Below are positions 1 through 9,060 of a DNA stretch of 17,044 nucleotides, in pieces (the first letter of the stretch is position 1; every line of letters begins with the position of its first letter). This DNA is from Octopus sinensis (Eukaryota). The position numbers were made by a program, and so were the translations under genes. The stretch is taken from positions 1 through 17,044 of the forward strand of contig NW_021824962.1 in the NCBI RefSeq assembly GCF_006345805.1, given 5' to 3'. The notes under the pieces were generated by a model, which did no database searches, was not told where the DNA came from, and was given only the letters and a program-made list of their open reading frames with translations.

Positions 1-308
1 TATGGACATGTCTGTATATGTATAATGTATATATATGTGTGTGTGTGTTTATATATATATATATATATATGTGTGTATGTGTATAATGTGTGTATTCTTT
101 TACTTTTTTCAGTCATTTGACTGCGGTTATATATGAATGCTTGTATGTATGTATGTATACACACACACACACACACCACCCACACACACATATATATATA
201 TGCATATATATCTATATATTTATATTGTATATATGTATATATATGAATGCGTATATTATGTGTGTGTATATCTATATGTAGTATGTATATATATATATAT
301 TATATATA

Positions 309-339
<31 letters not shown>

Positions 340-450
340 GCATGACTACTCACGGTAACCTATGTGTACCTACATCCGTACTAATGTCTATTTAAACGTA
401 TTGCGTGATTTGTGTGTATGTGTGTGTGTGCGTGTGTGTATGTGCATGTG
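1..450. repeat. Compound (TA)n/(TG)n/(CA)n/(TATG)n microsatellite region containing a SINE-A tail remnant at ~93-130
   Basis: Direct dinucleotide and tetranucleotide runs. tattcttttac...cagtcatttgactgcgg at 93-127 matches the SINE-A tail at 3230-3265. Confidence 0.9.
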
Positions 451-664
451 TTTTTATAAGTCTATACGTACAAATGTTAATCATCAATATAGCAGCGTCA
501 CTAACAGACGTTCAGAAGTGGGAGGCCCCTGAACATGTGTTTTTAAGCGTTTTCTACCAATTATTCCGACCTAACACCGAATATATTTTTATTTTAGTTA
601 TGTGTTGTTAAGCGCTAAAGAAACACCTCTTTGTCAATATCTTAACGTTATTCAAACCGAATTA

Positions 665-1110
665 CCGTATATACCGGCGTATAAGACGCACCCTCGCATA
701 ATACGCACCTCTATTTTATAAGTATATTTTGTGGCAATGAAAAGCAAAGAAATTGAGTATGTTTCCGTACGTACACTTTGGAAGATATTTTATATGAGAT
801 AGTGTGTGATTCTGTGTGTATTAATACAATGTTGTGATATTATACTGGAATAATGTATAAAATTGTAACTTTATATACAAACTACATGATACGAGAACGT
901 ATTTCAATTTTGTCTTCTTTAAGATCAGCTGCATAGTTATTGATATTTTTGTCAAGAGAATTGCCATACAGGAAGTAAAAGACATTCTTGTGGCTATTTT
1001 GTGTTACCGCGATCGGCCATCAGAGAGGCTCGCCATTGCTATGATTTTGTTGTCATCCACTCATAGCAAGTAGCTGACGGGCAGATGGAAGTTTAATGTT
1101 TCTTTAATAT
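665..1110 (-). mobile_element. 3' fragment of a pogo/Tc2-type (Tc1/mariner superfamily) DNA transposon: TIR plus decayed transposase C-terminus
   Basis: TA (663-664) followed by CCGTATATACCGGCGTATAAGACGCACC, a pogo/Tc2-like terminus with an internal repeat (cgcataatacgcacc). The minus strand at ~930-1105 reads NIKLPSARQL..EW..SFTSC..GNSLD across frameshifts, like the pogo C-terminal GNxKxPS..W..SFxxCGIxNxLD motif. No partner TIR found. Confidence 0.55.
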
Positions 1111-1251
1111 TTCTAAAAGAATTTTCATTTTGATAATTTATGAAAAATATTTCCTAGAGATAATAGCCATCAAATAATGAAAGACATGTTAGATGTTACA
1201 AGGAGGGATAATGAGACTATGAAGGCGCATAATTTAATGTTTAGAGAGTTA

Positions 1252-1331
1252 GGCACATTGGGCAAGTGGTTTCTACTGTAGTTTCGGGCCGGAGTGGATT
1301 TGGTAGACAGAAACTGAAAGAAGCCCGTCAA

Positions 1332-1422
<91 letters not shown>

Positions 1423-1619
1423 TGTGTCTGTGTTTGTGCCTCCAGCAACGCTTGACAACCGATGCTGGTGTGTTTACGTCCCCGTCGCTTCGCGGTTCGG
1501 CACGAGAGGCCGATAGAATAAGTACTAGACTTACAAAGAATAAGTCCTGGGGTCGATTTGCTCGACTAAAGGCGGTGCTCCAGCATGGCCGCAGTGAAAT
1601 AACTGAAATAAAAAAAAAA
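1252..1619 (+). mobile_element. SINE family A copy, 5'-truncated, with internal (TA)n(TG)n
   Basis: Collinear with the copies at 3216-3625, 3632-4095 and 8678-9060 (gtggatttggtagac.gaaactgaaagaagcccgtc; ggcggtgctccagcatggccgcag). Confidence 0.92.
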
Positions 1620-1699
1620 CTCAGTTAAAAATGGATGTTTTTTTTCCTTTTCTCCTAGCTATCATTAAACAACCTAATATTTTCTAGACAATGATATCG

Positions 1700-1915
1700 A
1701 TATTCGCCAGTGACATCAATTACAATATGGCTGGAGGGTATATGAAAATATATGATAACACATATACAACGGCTGTCACGCTGAAAAACAAATAAGCGCG
1801 TGTGGTAACGAAATAATACAACATAAAATACCCGTATGGATAATATAGCTGGACGGAAAATGTTAATAGGTTACACTGCTGAATCAGTTATTTACATGCT
1901 ATTGTAAGATGTTAG
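1700..1915 (+). pseudogene. Decayed N-terminal ORF fragment of an R4/Dong-clade non-LTR retrotransposon
   Basis: Reads YTTAVTL..KIPVWII*LD..NVNRLHC*ISYLHAIVRC across frameshifts. Resembles the pre-RT region of R4-like ORFs as I recall it; not searched. Confidence 0.45.
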
Positions 1916-2132
1916 CCATTTGTTAAGGTTATTTCTACAGATATTTTAAATAAAAATTATAGCTAGCGCTGATTTTGTTACGACGTTTCGTACCCGAGAC
2001 GAGATCGGAGATAAAAAAATGGGTAATGGGTGTGTACGCCATATTTCAGTAGTTTTCGCTCTTTCATATATACTCTATAGTATATTTTGGTTGCATAACC
2101 AATTATTATTACAATTATTTTAAAAGAACTTG

Positions 2133-2351
2133 AGGTGGTAAACTGGCAGAATGGTTAGCACGCCAGGTGCAATCTCTATCGACATTTCGGCTGTCTTTAC
2201 GTTCTGAGTTCAAATTTCACTGACGTCGACTTTGCAATTTATCTTTTAGGGGTGGATAAAATAAGTACCAGTTGTGTACTGGCGTCGATATAATCGACTC
2301 ATCTCCTCCCCTAAAATTGCTGCCCTTGTGGCAAAATTGGGAACCATTATT
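2133..2351 (+). mobile_element. SINE family B (tRNA head, Deu/Nin-like central domain), diverged copy
   Basis: A-box-like tggcagaatggttag, B-box gagttcaaattt, and core gtcgactttgc..atcttttagggg.ggataaaataagtaccag. Homologous to 9940-10149 and 15725-16260. Confidence 0.85.
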
Positions 2352-2380
2352 TTAATACCATTTAATAATAGTATATACGA

Positions 2381-2642
2381 CTTCGAATCCCGGGCCGAGC
2401 AAGACACTTTATTTCACGTTGCTCGAGTTCGCTCAGCTGTTGAAATGAGTTGCGACGTTACAGGTGCCAAGCTGTATCGGCATTTGCCTTTCCCTTGGAT
2501 AACGCTATTGGCGTGGAGAGGGGAGGCCGGTATGCATGGGCGACTGCTGGTCTTCCATAAACAACCTTGCCCGGACTTGTGCCTAGGAGGGTAACTTTCT
2601 AGGTGCAATCCCACGGTCAGTCATGACCGAAGGGGGTCTCAA
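2381..2642 (+). mobile_element. SINE family D, 5'-truncated at the B-box
   Basis: B-box ttcgaatccc, then gagcaagacacttt (head similar to 7285-7591). GC-rich body ends in the stem-loop ggtcagtcatgacc. Confidence 0.7.
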
Positions 2643-3140
2643 GGTTGCATAACAAAATACGGTGTCCATACACGTCATTCATAAGATGTGCGGCGATAAA
2701 TTAGTTCACAACACACCAACAATATCTTTCGAAAAAAAAGATTTTTAATGTATGGAGATTGCAAACTCTTGAGAGGAAATTTATAAATACGAAACATGAA
2801 CGCGAATGGTTCAGTAACAACATTTCACTATTAAAAAAAAAAAAAAAGAGCCCTCTTCAACGAACAAGCATTAATCACCAGTTTGTTTCTAATCCACACG
2901 CTACATATCAGAGGATTAAGGAAAATAATATATCTGTAAAAAGAACTTCTCTGAAAGATCATAAATTATTTTGGTTTAAAATCCATACTAAAAAAAAAAA
3001 AAAAAAAAAAAAAAACGGATTTCAATGGGAATGTATCATGGCTACGTATGATTTATAAGAAAGGAATATTTTTACAAACATCATCAGAAATCTTAAGCAA
3101 TCAAGTTGGAAACTTTCGCCACAGCAGGAGAAAAACGTTA
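2643..3140 (+). pseudogene. Decayed R4/Dong-clade ORF fragment from just upstream of the RT domain
   Basis: ORF 2759-3058 reads QTLERK..INHQFVSNPHATYQRIKENNISVK..LFWFKIH, followed by FNGNVSWL. This matches the N..F..NP..Y / FW..I / A.WL pattern preceding RT in R4-like elements. Poly-A expansions interrupt it. Confidence 0.6.
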
Positions 3141-3215
3141 AGCAATAGAATAGGGAAAGGACGAAGAAGCGATTTAATAGCAGGGTAGTATTACATGGAA
3201 GATGTAGTTCTACAA

Positions 3216-3625
3216 TACTCTTTTACTCTTTACTCTTTTACTTGTTTCAGTCATTTGACTGCGGCCATGCTGGAGCACCGCCTTTAATCGAGCAACTCGA
3301 CCACGGGACTTATTCTTTTGTAAGCCCAGTACTTATTCTATCGGGCTCTTTTGCCGAACCGCTAAGTAACGGGGACATAAACACACCAGCATCGGTTGTC
3401 AAGCAATGCTAGGGGAACAAACACAGGCACACAAACACACACACACGCATATATATATGCATATATACGACGGGATTCTTTCAGTTTCTATCTACCAAAT
3501 CCACTCACAAGGCTTTGGTCGGCCCGAGGCTATAATTAGAAGACACTTACCCAAGGTGCCACGCAGTGGGACTGAACCCGGAACCATGTAGTTCGTAAAC
3601 AAGCTACTTACCACACAGGCACTCC
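3216..3625 (-). mobile_element. SINE family A, near full length
   Basis: Minus strand: A-box gagtgcctgtgtggtaa, B-box ggttcagtccc, ccttgggtaagtgtct, internal microsatellite and (gtaaaaga)n tail. Confidence 0.93.
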
Positions 3626-3631
3626 AATGCA

Positions 3632-3895
3632 TACTCTTTTACTCTTTTACTTGTTTCAGTCATTTTGAATGTGTCCATGCTGGAGCATCGCCCCCCCCCC
3701 CAGGACTTATTCTTTGTAAGCCTAGTACTTATTCTATCGGTCTCTTTTACCGAACCGCTAAGTTACGGGAACGTAGACACACCAGCATCGGTCGTCAAGC
3801 GATGTTGGTGGGTACAAACACAGACAGACAAACATATATACGCACACACACACATACATACATACATACATACATACATACATACATACATACAC

Positions 3896-3928
<33 letters not shown>

Positions 3929-4095
3929 CATATATACGACTGGCTTCTTTCAGTTTCCGTCTACCAAATCCACTCACAAGGCTTTGGTCGGCTCGAGGCT
4001 ATAGTAGAAGACACATGCCTAAGGTGCCACGCAGTGGGACTGAACCCGGAACCATGTGGTTGGTAAGCAAGCTACTTACCACACAGCCACTCCTG
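3632..4095 (-). mobile_element. SINE family A, near full length, tandem to the previous copy; small internal deletion at poly-C 3691-3701
   Basis: Same structure as 3216-3625, with an expanded (CATA)n tract. Confidence 0.93.
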
Positions 4096-4112
4096 TTTTT
4101 TTTTTTTTTTTT

Positions 4113-4465
4113 TTGTCTCACCATTCTGGTGCTTTGACACATCAAGTTACATTACTGACATTTTTCAGCAAATCTTCAAAAATGTGTCTGCTCCAGTAAC
4201 CATATCCATCATAAAGAATTAATTGGACGAACTCTTCAAGAATTTGAAAATTTAGGTCACTCCCCGCAAAAACACTGCAAGTTAAGTAATGCTTCTCACG
4301 ACTTTGATCAAAAACAGTTGAAAAAAAATACTGCAATTCGTCGCAAGCATCCTTTAAACAAACTTTAAACAACTTTAAAATTTACTGAGATGTCATTACT
4401 TCGTCATGCCAGCATTCTTGCAGACAAACTGATAAATAGATGCCAATAGAAACTTCTCTTTCGAA
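4113..4465 (+). pseudogene. Possible further R4-like N-terminal fragment, interrupted by the hAT MITE (resumes at 4909-4920)
   Basis: A plus frame reads KELIGRTLQEFE..QKQLKKNTAIRRKHPLNKL*TTLKFTEMSLLRHASILADKL..RCQ*KLLFR|KAIY, paralleling QTLERKFINTKHE.. at 2762. Similarity is weak. Confidence 0.35.
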
Positions 4466-4900
4466 CAATGGTTCTCAACCGGGGTTCCCGTGACCCTTGG
4501 GTAGTGTGGGGGTATATAAGATTTTGTTGTTAAAATTTATGTACATAAAGAGACGGGTAGAATAAATACTAGGCTTCCAAAGAATAAGTCCTGGGGTCGA
4601 TTTGGTCGACTATAGGCGGTGCTCCAGCATGGCCACAGTCAAATGACTGAAACAAGTAAAAGAGTAAAAGAAGGAAATTACATGGTTAAAATGTTTGTTG
4701 AAGAGGTAGAGAGAAAGAGAGATTGGTTACACTTCTACGATGCACAAAATATTTTAACCATTAATTTTATACAATTCCTAATAATATTAAATTATAAAAA
4801 AATAATGGAATTGTTTTAAACATGGAATGGATATGGGGGTCCAGTAGAATAGAATGGAAATCAGAAAAGTCCATAGGTAAACTATGGTTGAGAAACATTG
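4466..4900. mobile_element. hAT-superfamily MITE carrying a 173-bp foreign insert
   Basis: TIRs caatggttctcaacc (4466-4480) and ggttgagaaacattg (4886-4900). 8-bp TSD ctttcgaa (4458-4465) / ctttagaa (4901-4908). Confidence 0.88.
4550..4722 (+). repeat. Inverted duplicate of 8628-8800 (SINE-A 3' end plus ~50 bp of its flank)
   Basis: Reverse-complement match over 173 bp, 3 mismatches by hand count, including the non-SINE flank aggaaattacatggttaaaatgtttgttgaagaggtagagag. Confidence 0.93.
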
Positions 4901-4997
4901 CTTTAGAAAGGCAATATACAGTTCTATATTTAAGAGATGAAGAATTATGTACATTATTTACGTTATTTACATTCGACGGATATTTGTCCTCATCAAA

Positions 4998-5134
4998 CAA
5001 CTCAAACAGTGATAGACATAAACCAATACATAAATAACAAATAATATAAATATAATTAATATAATATATAATAATATATAATAATATATATATATATATA
5101 ATATAAAATTTAAATTTTATATTTAATATTTTTG

Positions 5135-5173
<39 letters not shown>

Positions 5174-5254
5174 TTATTTATTATATATTATGTTAATTAT
5201 ATTTATATTATTTGTTATTTATGTATTGGTTTATGTCTATCATTGTTTGAGTTG
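4998..5254. repeat. Long inverted repeat: 77-bp arms (4998-5074 and 5178-5254) around an AT-rich spacer
   Basis: caactcaaacagtgatagacataaaccaatacataaataacaa.. versus ..ttgttatttatgtattggtttatgtctatcattgtttgagttg, 2 mismatches. The spacer holds a perfect palindrome at 5100-5123. Confidence 0.92.
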
Positions 5255-5365
5255 CCTAATAGTGGTTTTATCTCTAATTCATATATTATATATTTATACT
5301 GTGAAATTTGATTTAATCCTAAATCAAATTTTTCCCTGTAAGTTTGGAGCCATACTCCCTAATAT

Positions 5366-5399
<34 letters not shown>

Positions 5400-5427
5400 A
5401 TATACATATATATATAAATTTATATAT

Positions 5428-5487
5428 GACGAATGCCACTAAGTATTTTGCATGTCATGCTAACGGGGCTGCCAGCTCTCTGCCTTA
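5428..5487 (-). mobile_element. Diverged SINE-B head fragment
   Basis: Minus strand aaggcagagagctggcagccccgttagcatg..aaatacttagtggcattcgtc aligns to 15725-15784. Confidence 0.6.
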
Positions 5488-5639
5488 AGAACGACGATGA
5501 CGACGATGACGACGATGGCGTCGACGATGATAATAAAAATAATACTAACAACAATAGCTAATTCATGTTTCTTTAGATAAATGGGAAAGTGTTTGCTGGT
5601 CGGATATGTATAAGAATCTCAATATTTGCTTGCGAGCTT

Positions 5640-6724
5640 GTCAAAAATTCTCTCATTGCCTCTGGTCTATTATTTGTCAAAACATTACGTATAAACTTTA
5701 TACAAATTGTCTCGGCAAATTCCTTCAGGACAAGGCCAAGGAGAATTCAGCAAGGCACGGATTGGCGAATAGACAAACCGAAGCATGGAAGTGACGGGGT
5801 TATTGTACGGAACATAAATAAAGTTGTGTCGCCTGAAGTAAGAAAACATCGCTGAAACATTGCGACTATATGGTTTAATTACAGTAACACCTTTGATTCT
5901 ATTCCCCATTCGTGGTTGCTGGAAACATTGCTTATGCCAAAATACCTGCTAATTCTAGTTGCGGCCATTGAAAGACTCACAAACATCTGGTCCCTAATCC
6001 TCGTGCCTGTAACTATAAGCAGAGCGATTGTCTCTGATGTTATAAATATTTTTTAAAGGAATATTCCAAGGAGACAATCTGTCTGTGCTTCTGTTTATTT
6101 TGGCATTGAATCCGCTGTCGTTTATATCACAAAAATCCAACAGATATGTGCTAACGGCAAAAGGCTCTAATGTAACCCATAATTTCTTTGTGGGCGATCT
6201 AAATGCTTATACTGGAAATATTTACAATACTGAGAAACAGCTGGATTTAATAACAACATTTTCCGTTGATATAGGAATGGAATTTGGCGAAAAGAAATGC
6301 TCGTATTTGATAGATGAATACAACCCCCCCCATCCCCCCACACACACCAAAGAAACTGTTTCTCTAACTAAAAACATTCACAACACAATGAGATCATTGA
6401 TATAAATGTTTTGGGTAAGCTTTGCGACAAATACCCGGTATTGACGAAAATATTTCAAAGTGCGGTGAAAAGATATAAGCCACCGAAGTAATATTTTAAC
6501 AGACATAGAAAATATGACAGTTGGAGCTTCTTTTCGTATTGGACAATATCCCGCAATGTATTGGATTACCTATAATGGCACTGACGATTGGGAGTCTTCA
6601 CTGTGCTATAGCGAAATTCGATATTGATAATCGTTAGATCCTGTCACCAACTGGAAGATTCCATTTTTTAAAACCGATAAATTATCGCAGAAGGGAAATA
6701 CTGGAAGCCCTATAGCAATTTGTA
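5640..6724 (+). pseudogene. R4/Dong-clade reverse transcriptase pseudogene (copy 1)
   Basis: Ordered motifs: IICQNITYKLYT; INKVV..EVRKHR; IWFNYSNTFDSIPHSWLLE; GIFQGDNLSVLLFILALNPLS (6058-6120); THNFFVGDL (decayed F/YxDD); TFSVDIGMEFGEKKC; later YFNRHRK and TGRFH. Many stops and frameshifts. Confidence 0.88.
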
Positions 6725-7273
6725 TTAACCATATCCAGCTTAACTATTCTGCCTGTTTTATGCTCAAACCATCCAGTTGCAGACTCTCACACCAACCATA
6801 AAATGTCATTCTAAAAACAAACAATTACATCATTGAAATCTTAAAGCCACAAGATAATGTATGATTAACTCAAAACAGTGAACAAGAACATTCAGAGATC
6901 GCAAACCTCTGCCAACGCAACGCCAACGTCCTCTCAACGATTAACCCGATTTAATTTTTAAAATGAGAATATCTGTAATAAAATCCTTCAATGAATATCA
7001 TGAGACCTTTTGGCTTTCCCTTCTCTTAAATTCCGGTCTTCCTTTAGTAATCCTGTTGTTTTAGATCGATGTATAGAATTATGTATATATGCAGTATACT
7101 GTAAAGTGTTACATCCCTGGAAGTTTCATACGAATCCCTCCATTGGTTCTTGAGATATCTTGTCCATGGACAAACAAACTAACAAACACGACTGAAACAA
7201 TACCTCCGCCTTCGCTAATGCGGAGGTAATAAATACTAGATTAGCAAGAATAATCTGAACGCTAAAAGGTTAA
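6725..7273. mobile_element. TTAA-flanked (piggyBac-like) MITE with a largely deleted left TIR, split by a HINE
   Basis: ttaacc at 6725-6730 and gctaaaaggttaa at 7261-7273. Removing the unit rejoins R4-like coding sequence (aat ttg tat|taa tgc cag). Family call rests on the TTAA ends and recall. Confidence 0.5.
6881..7229 (-). mobile_element. DINE-1/HINE-like non-autonomous Helentron (rolling-circle) element
   Basis: Minus strand: 5' subTIR acctccgc with the adjacent inverted copy ggcggaggt (7202-7227), a (gttt)n tract, 3' subTIR ttggcagaggt (6905-6915), a decayed terminal stem-loop and T-rich ends. No TSD. Confidence 0.75.
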
Positions 7274-7284
7274 TATCAGACCTT

Positions 7285-7591
7285 GTTTTTGTCTTTCCTT
7301 CTCGCGCCACGCCTGGCTCATAAGGACCGGTTTCCCGGTTTCCTTGGCGTATAGGTTCCCCACCTGGACGGGACGCCGGTCCGTCGCAGGTGAGCTGCAA
7401 GATGCAGAAGGAAAGAGTGAGAGAAAGTTGTGGCGAAAGAGTCAGCAGAAGTTCGCCATTACCTTCTGCCGGAGCCGCGTGGAGCTTAGGTGTCTCGCTC
7501 ATAAACACACACATCGCCCGGTCTGAGATTCGAACCTGCGATCCCTCGACCGCGAGGCCGATGTTCTAACCACTAGGCCATGTACCTCCAC
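7285..7591 (-). mobile_element. SINE family C, full length (tRNA head, V/Meta-like domain)
   Basis: A-box tggcctagtgg, B-box ggttcgaatct, core cctgcgacggaccggcgtcccgtccagg. 13-bp TSD aatatcagacctt (7272-7284) / aatgccagacctt (7592-7604). Confidence 0.9.
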
Positions 7592-7604
7592 AATGCCAGA
7601 CCTT

Positions 7605-7800
7605 ACAAGTCTTTTTTAGCGTTCTATGACGTCACTCAGTCAACATCTTTTAAAATATTAGTTACCGAAGCAGATACTTTGACCAAATGCTAAAAAGTGA
7701 AAAGACAGCTGTAACTTAGGGGTCAAGAGTGTAGCGGCAGTTTAGGGGTCAAGTAGTGAGTCCCTGATCACATTCTATATGACCTCAGGAATTGGTGGAT
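7605..7800 (+). pseudogene. Probable continuation of R4-like copy 1 (post-RT region)
   Basis: MTSLSQHLLKY..YRSRYFDQMLKSEK, at the position expected after the RT domain once the nested inserts are removed. Confidence 0.4.
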
Positions 7801-7831
7801 TATTTCTATTTTTTTAAATTTTTATATATTT

Positions 7832-8136
7832 TTTTACTCGTTTCACTCATTGGACTGTGGCCATGCTGGTGGTGGTGATGGTAGTGGTGGTGGTGATGAT
7901 GGTGGTGGTGATGGTGGTGGTAGTGATGATGGTGATGATGATGGTGATGATTATGATGGTGGTGGTGGTGGTGATGGGGATGATGGTGATGATGATGGTG
8001 ATGTTGACGACGACGACGACGACTATGATGATGATGGTGATGATAATGTTGGTGATGACGATGACGACGACGACGACGATGATGGTGTTGATGATACTGA
8101 TGATGGTGGTGATGATGATGGGGATGATGATGCTGC

Positions 8137-8167
<31 letters not shown>

Positions 8168-8215
8168 GATGGTGGTGGTGATGATGATGATGACGACGAC
8201 GACGACGATGATGAT
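7832..8215. repeat. SINE-A tail remnant (7832-7869) running into a compound (GGT)n/(GAT)n/(GAC)n microsatellite
   Basis: Direct trinucleotide runs. ttttactcgtttcactcattggactgtggccatgctgg is the SINE-A tail. Confidence 0.9.
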
Positions 8216-8219
8216 ACCC

Positions 8220-8400
8220 ACAGGACATGTCAGCTTTCTTGAACTTGTGACCGTTACGTTTTACGTAACATCATGACGATTATGATTTTGCAGTCCTTCA
8301 GCTGAAGGTCGCTACAAAATAATTTACTCAAAACAACAACAAAAAAAAAACACGATGAAGTTGCTTAAACTTTCCATTATGCGACACAGAATTCTTCCAT
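8220..8400 (+). pseudogene. Possible R4-like C-terminal zinc-knuckle / RHD segment
   Basis: TCQLS*TC.. followed by KHDEVA*TFHY (8348-8380), like CRLC..RHDxVA of restriction-like-endonuclease LINEs. Confidence 0.3.
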
Positions 8401-8570
8401 TATGTGACACAACTGGGACCCGTGGAAATTCCACAGAACGAAAGAGATTAAGAGAAGCCATTTAAGAAAGAAAGTACGATTTGTATTTTCATTTTTATTT
8501 TGCTAAGTTCTTTCACTTCCAGTCACAATAATATATTATATGATTTGAAAACTTCCCTCTGCTAAGCACC

Positions 8571-8572
<2 letters not shown>

Positions 8573-8619
<47 letters not shown>

Positions 8620-8642
8620 CCCCCCTCTCTCTCTTTCTCTCT
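8573..8642. repeat. (CT)n microsatellite
   Basis: Direct repeat. Confidence 0.95.
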
Positions 8643-8677
8643 ACCTCTTCAACAAACATTTTAACCATGTAATTTCC

Positions 8678-9060
8678 TTCTTTTACTCTTTTACTTGTTT
8701 CAGTCATTTGATTGTGGCCATGCTGGAGCACCGCCTTTAGTCGACCAAATCGACCCCAAGACTTATTCTTTGGAAGCCTAGTATTTATTCTACCCGTCTC
8801 TTTTGCCGAACTACTAAGTTACGGGGACGTAGAGACCACCATCGGTTGTCAAGTGATGTTGGGTGGGGGGGACAAACACAGACACACAAACATATATATA
8901 CATATATATATACATATATACGACGGGCTTCTTTCAGTTTCCATCTACCAAATCCACTCACAAGGCTTTGATCGGCCCGAGGCTATAGTAGAAGACACTT
9001 GCCCAATAGCCACGCAGTAGGAATGAACCCGGAACCCTATGGCTGGTAAGCAAACTACTT
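8678..9060 (-). mobile_element. SINE family A with its head cut at the A-box by the adjacent element
   Basis: Collinear with 3632-4095 but lacks ggagtggctgtgtggt. It abuts ..gaaataaa of the 9059-9945 unit. Confidence 0.92.

Noticed and set aside
1978-2010. GAAACGTC on the minus strand as a hammerhead
   Set aside because: No CUGANGA box or stem I upstream.
4142-4372. Minus-strand 76-aa ORF as a host exon or CR1/Rex1 RT piece (LKDACDEL..FDQS)
   Set aside because: Bounded by in-frame stops with no further RT motifs; the opposite strand fits an R4-like fragment at least as well.
7515-7591. tRNA gene-like sequence with A and B boxes
   Set aside because: It is the head of a SINE with body, tail and TSD; no proper acceptor stem.
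7806-8276. Poly-His / poly-Asp / poly-Met ORFs
   Set aside because: Translations of a trinucleotide microsatellite that is open in several frames on both strands.
7716-8412. Short direct repeats ttaggggtcaag (7716, 7742) and ttccattatg(c/t)gacaca (8372, 8396)
   Set aside because: Two-copy local slippage duplications; not telomeric arrays or supported regulatory sites.
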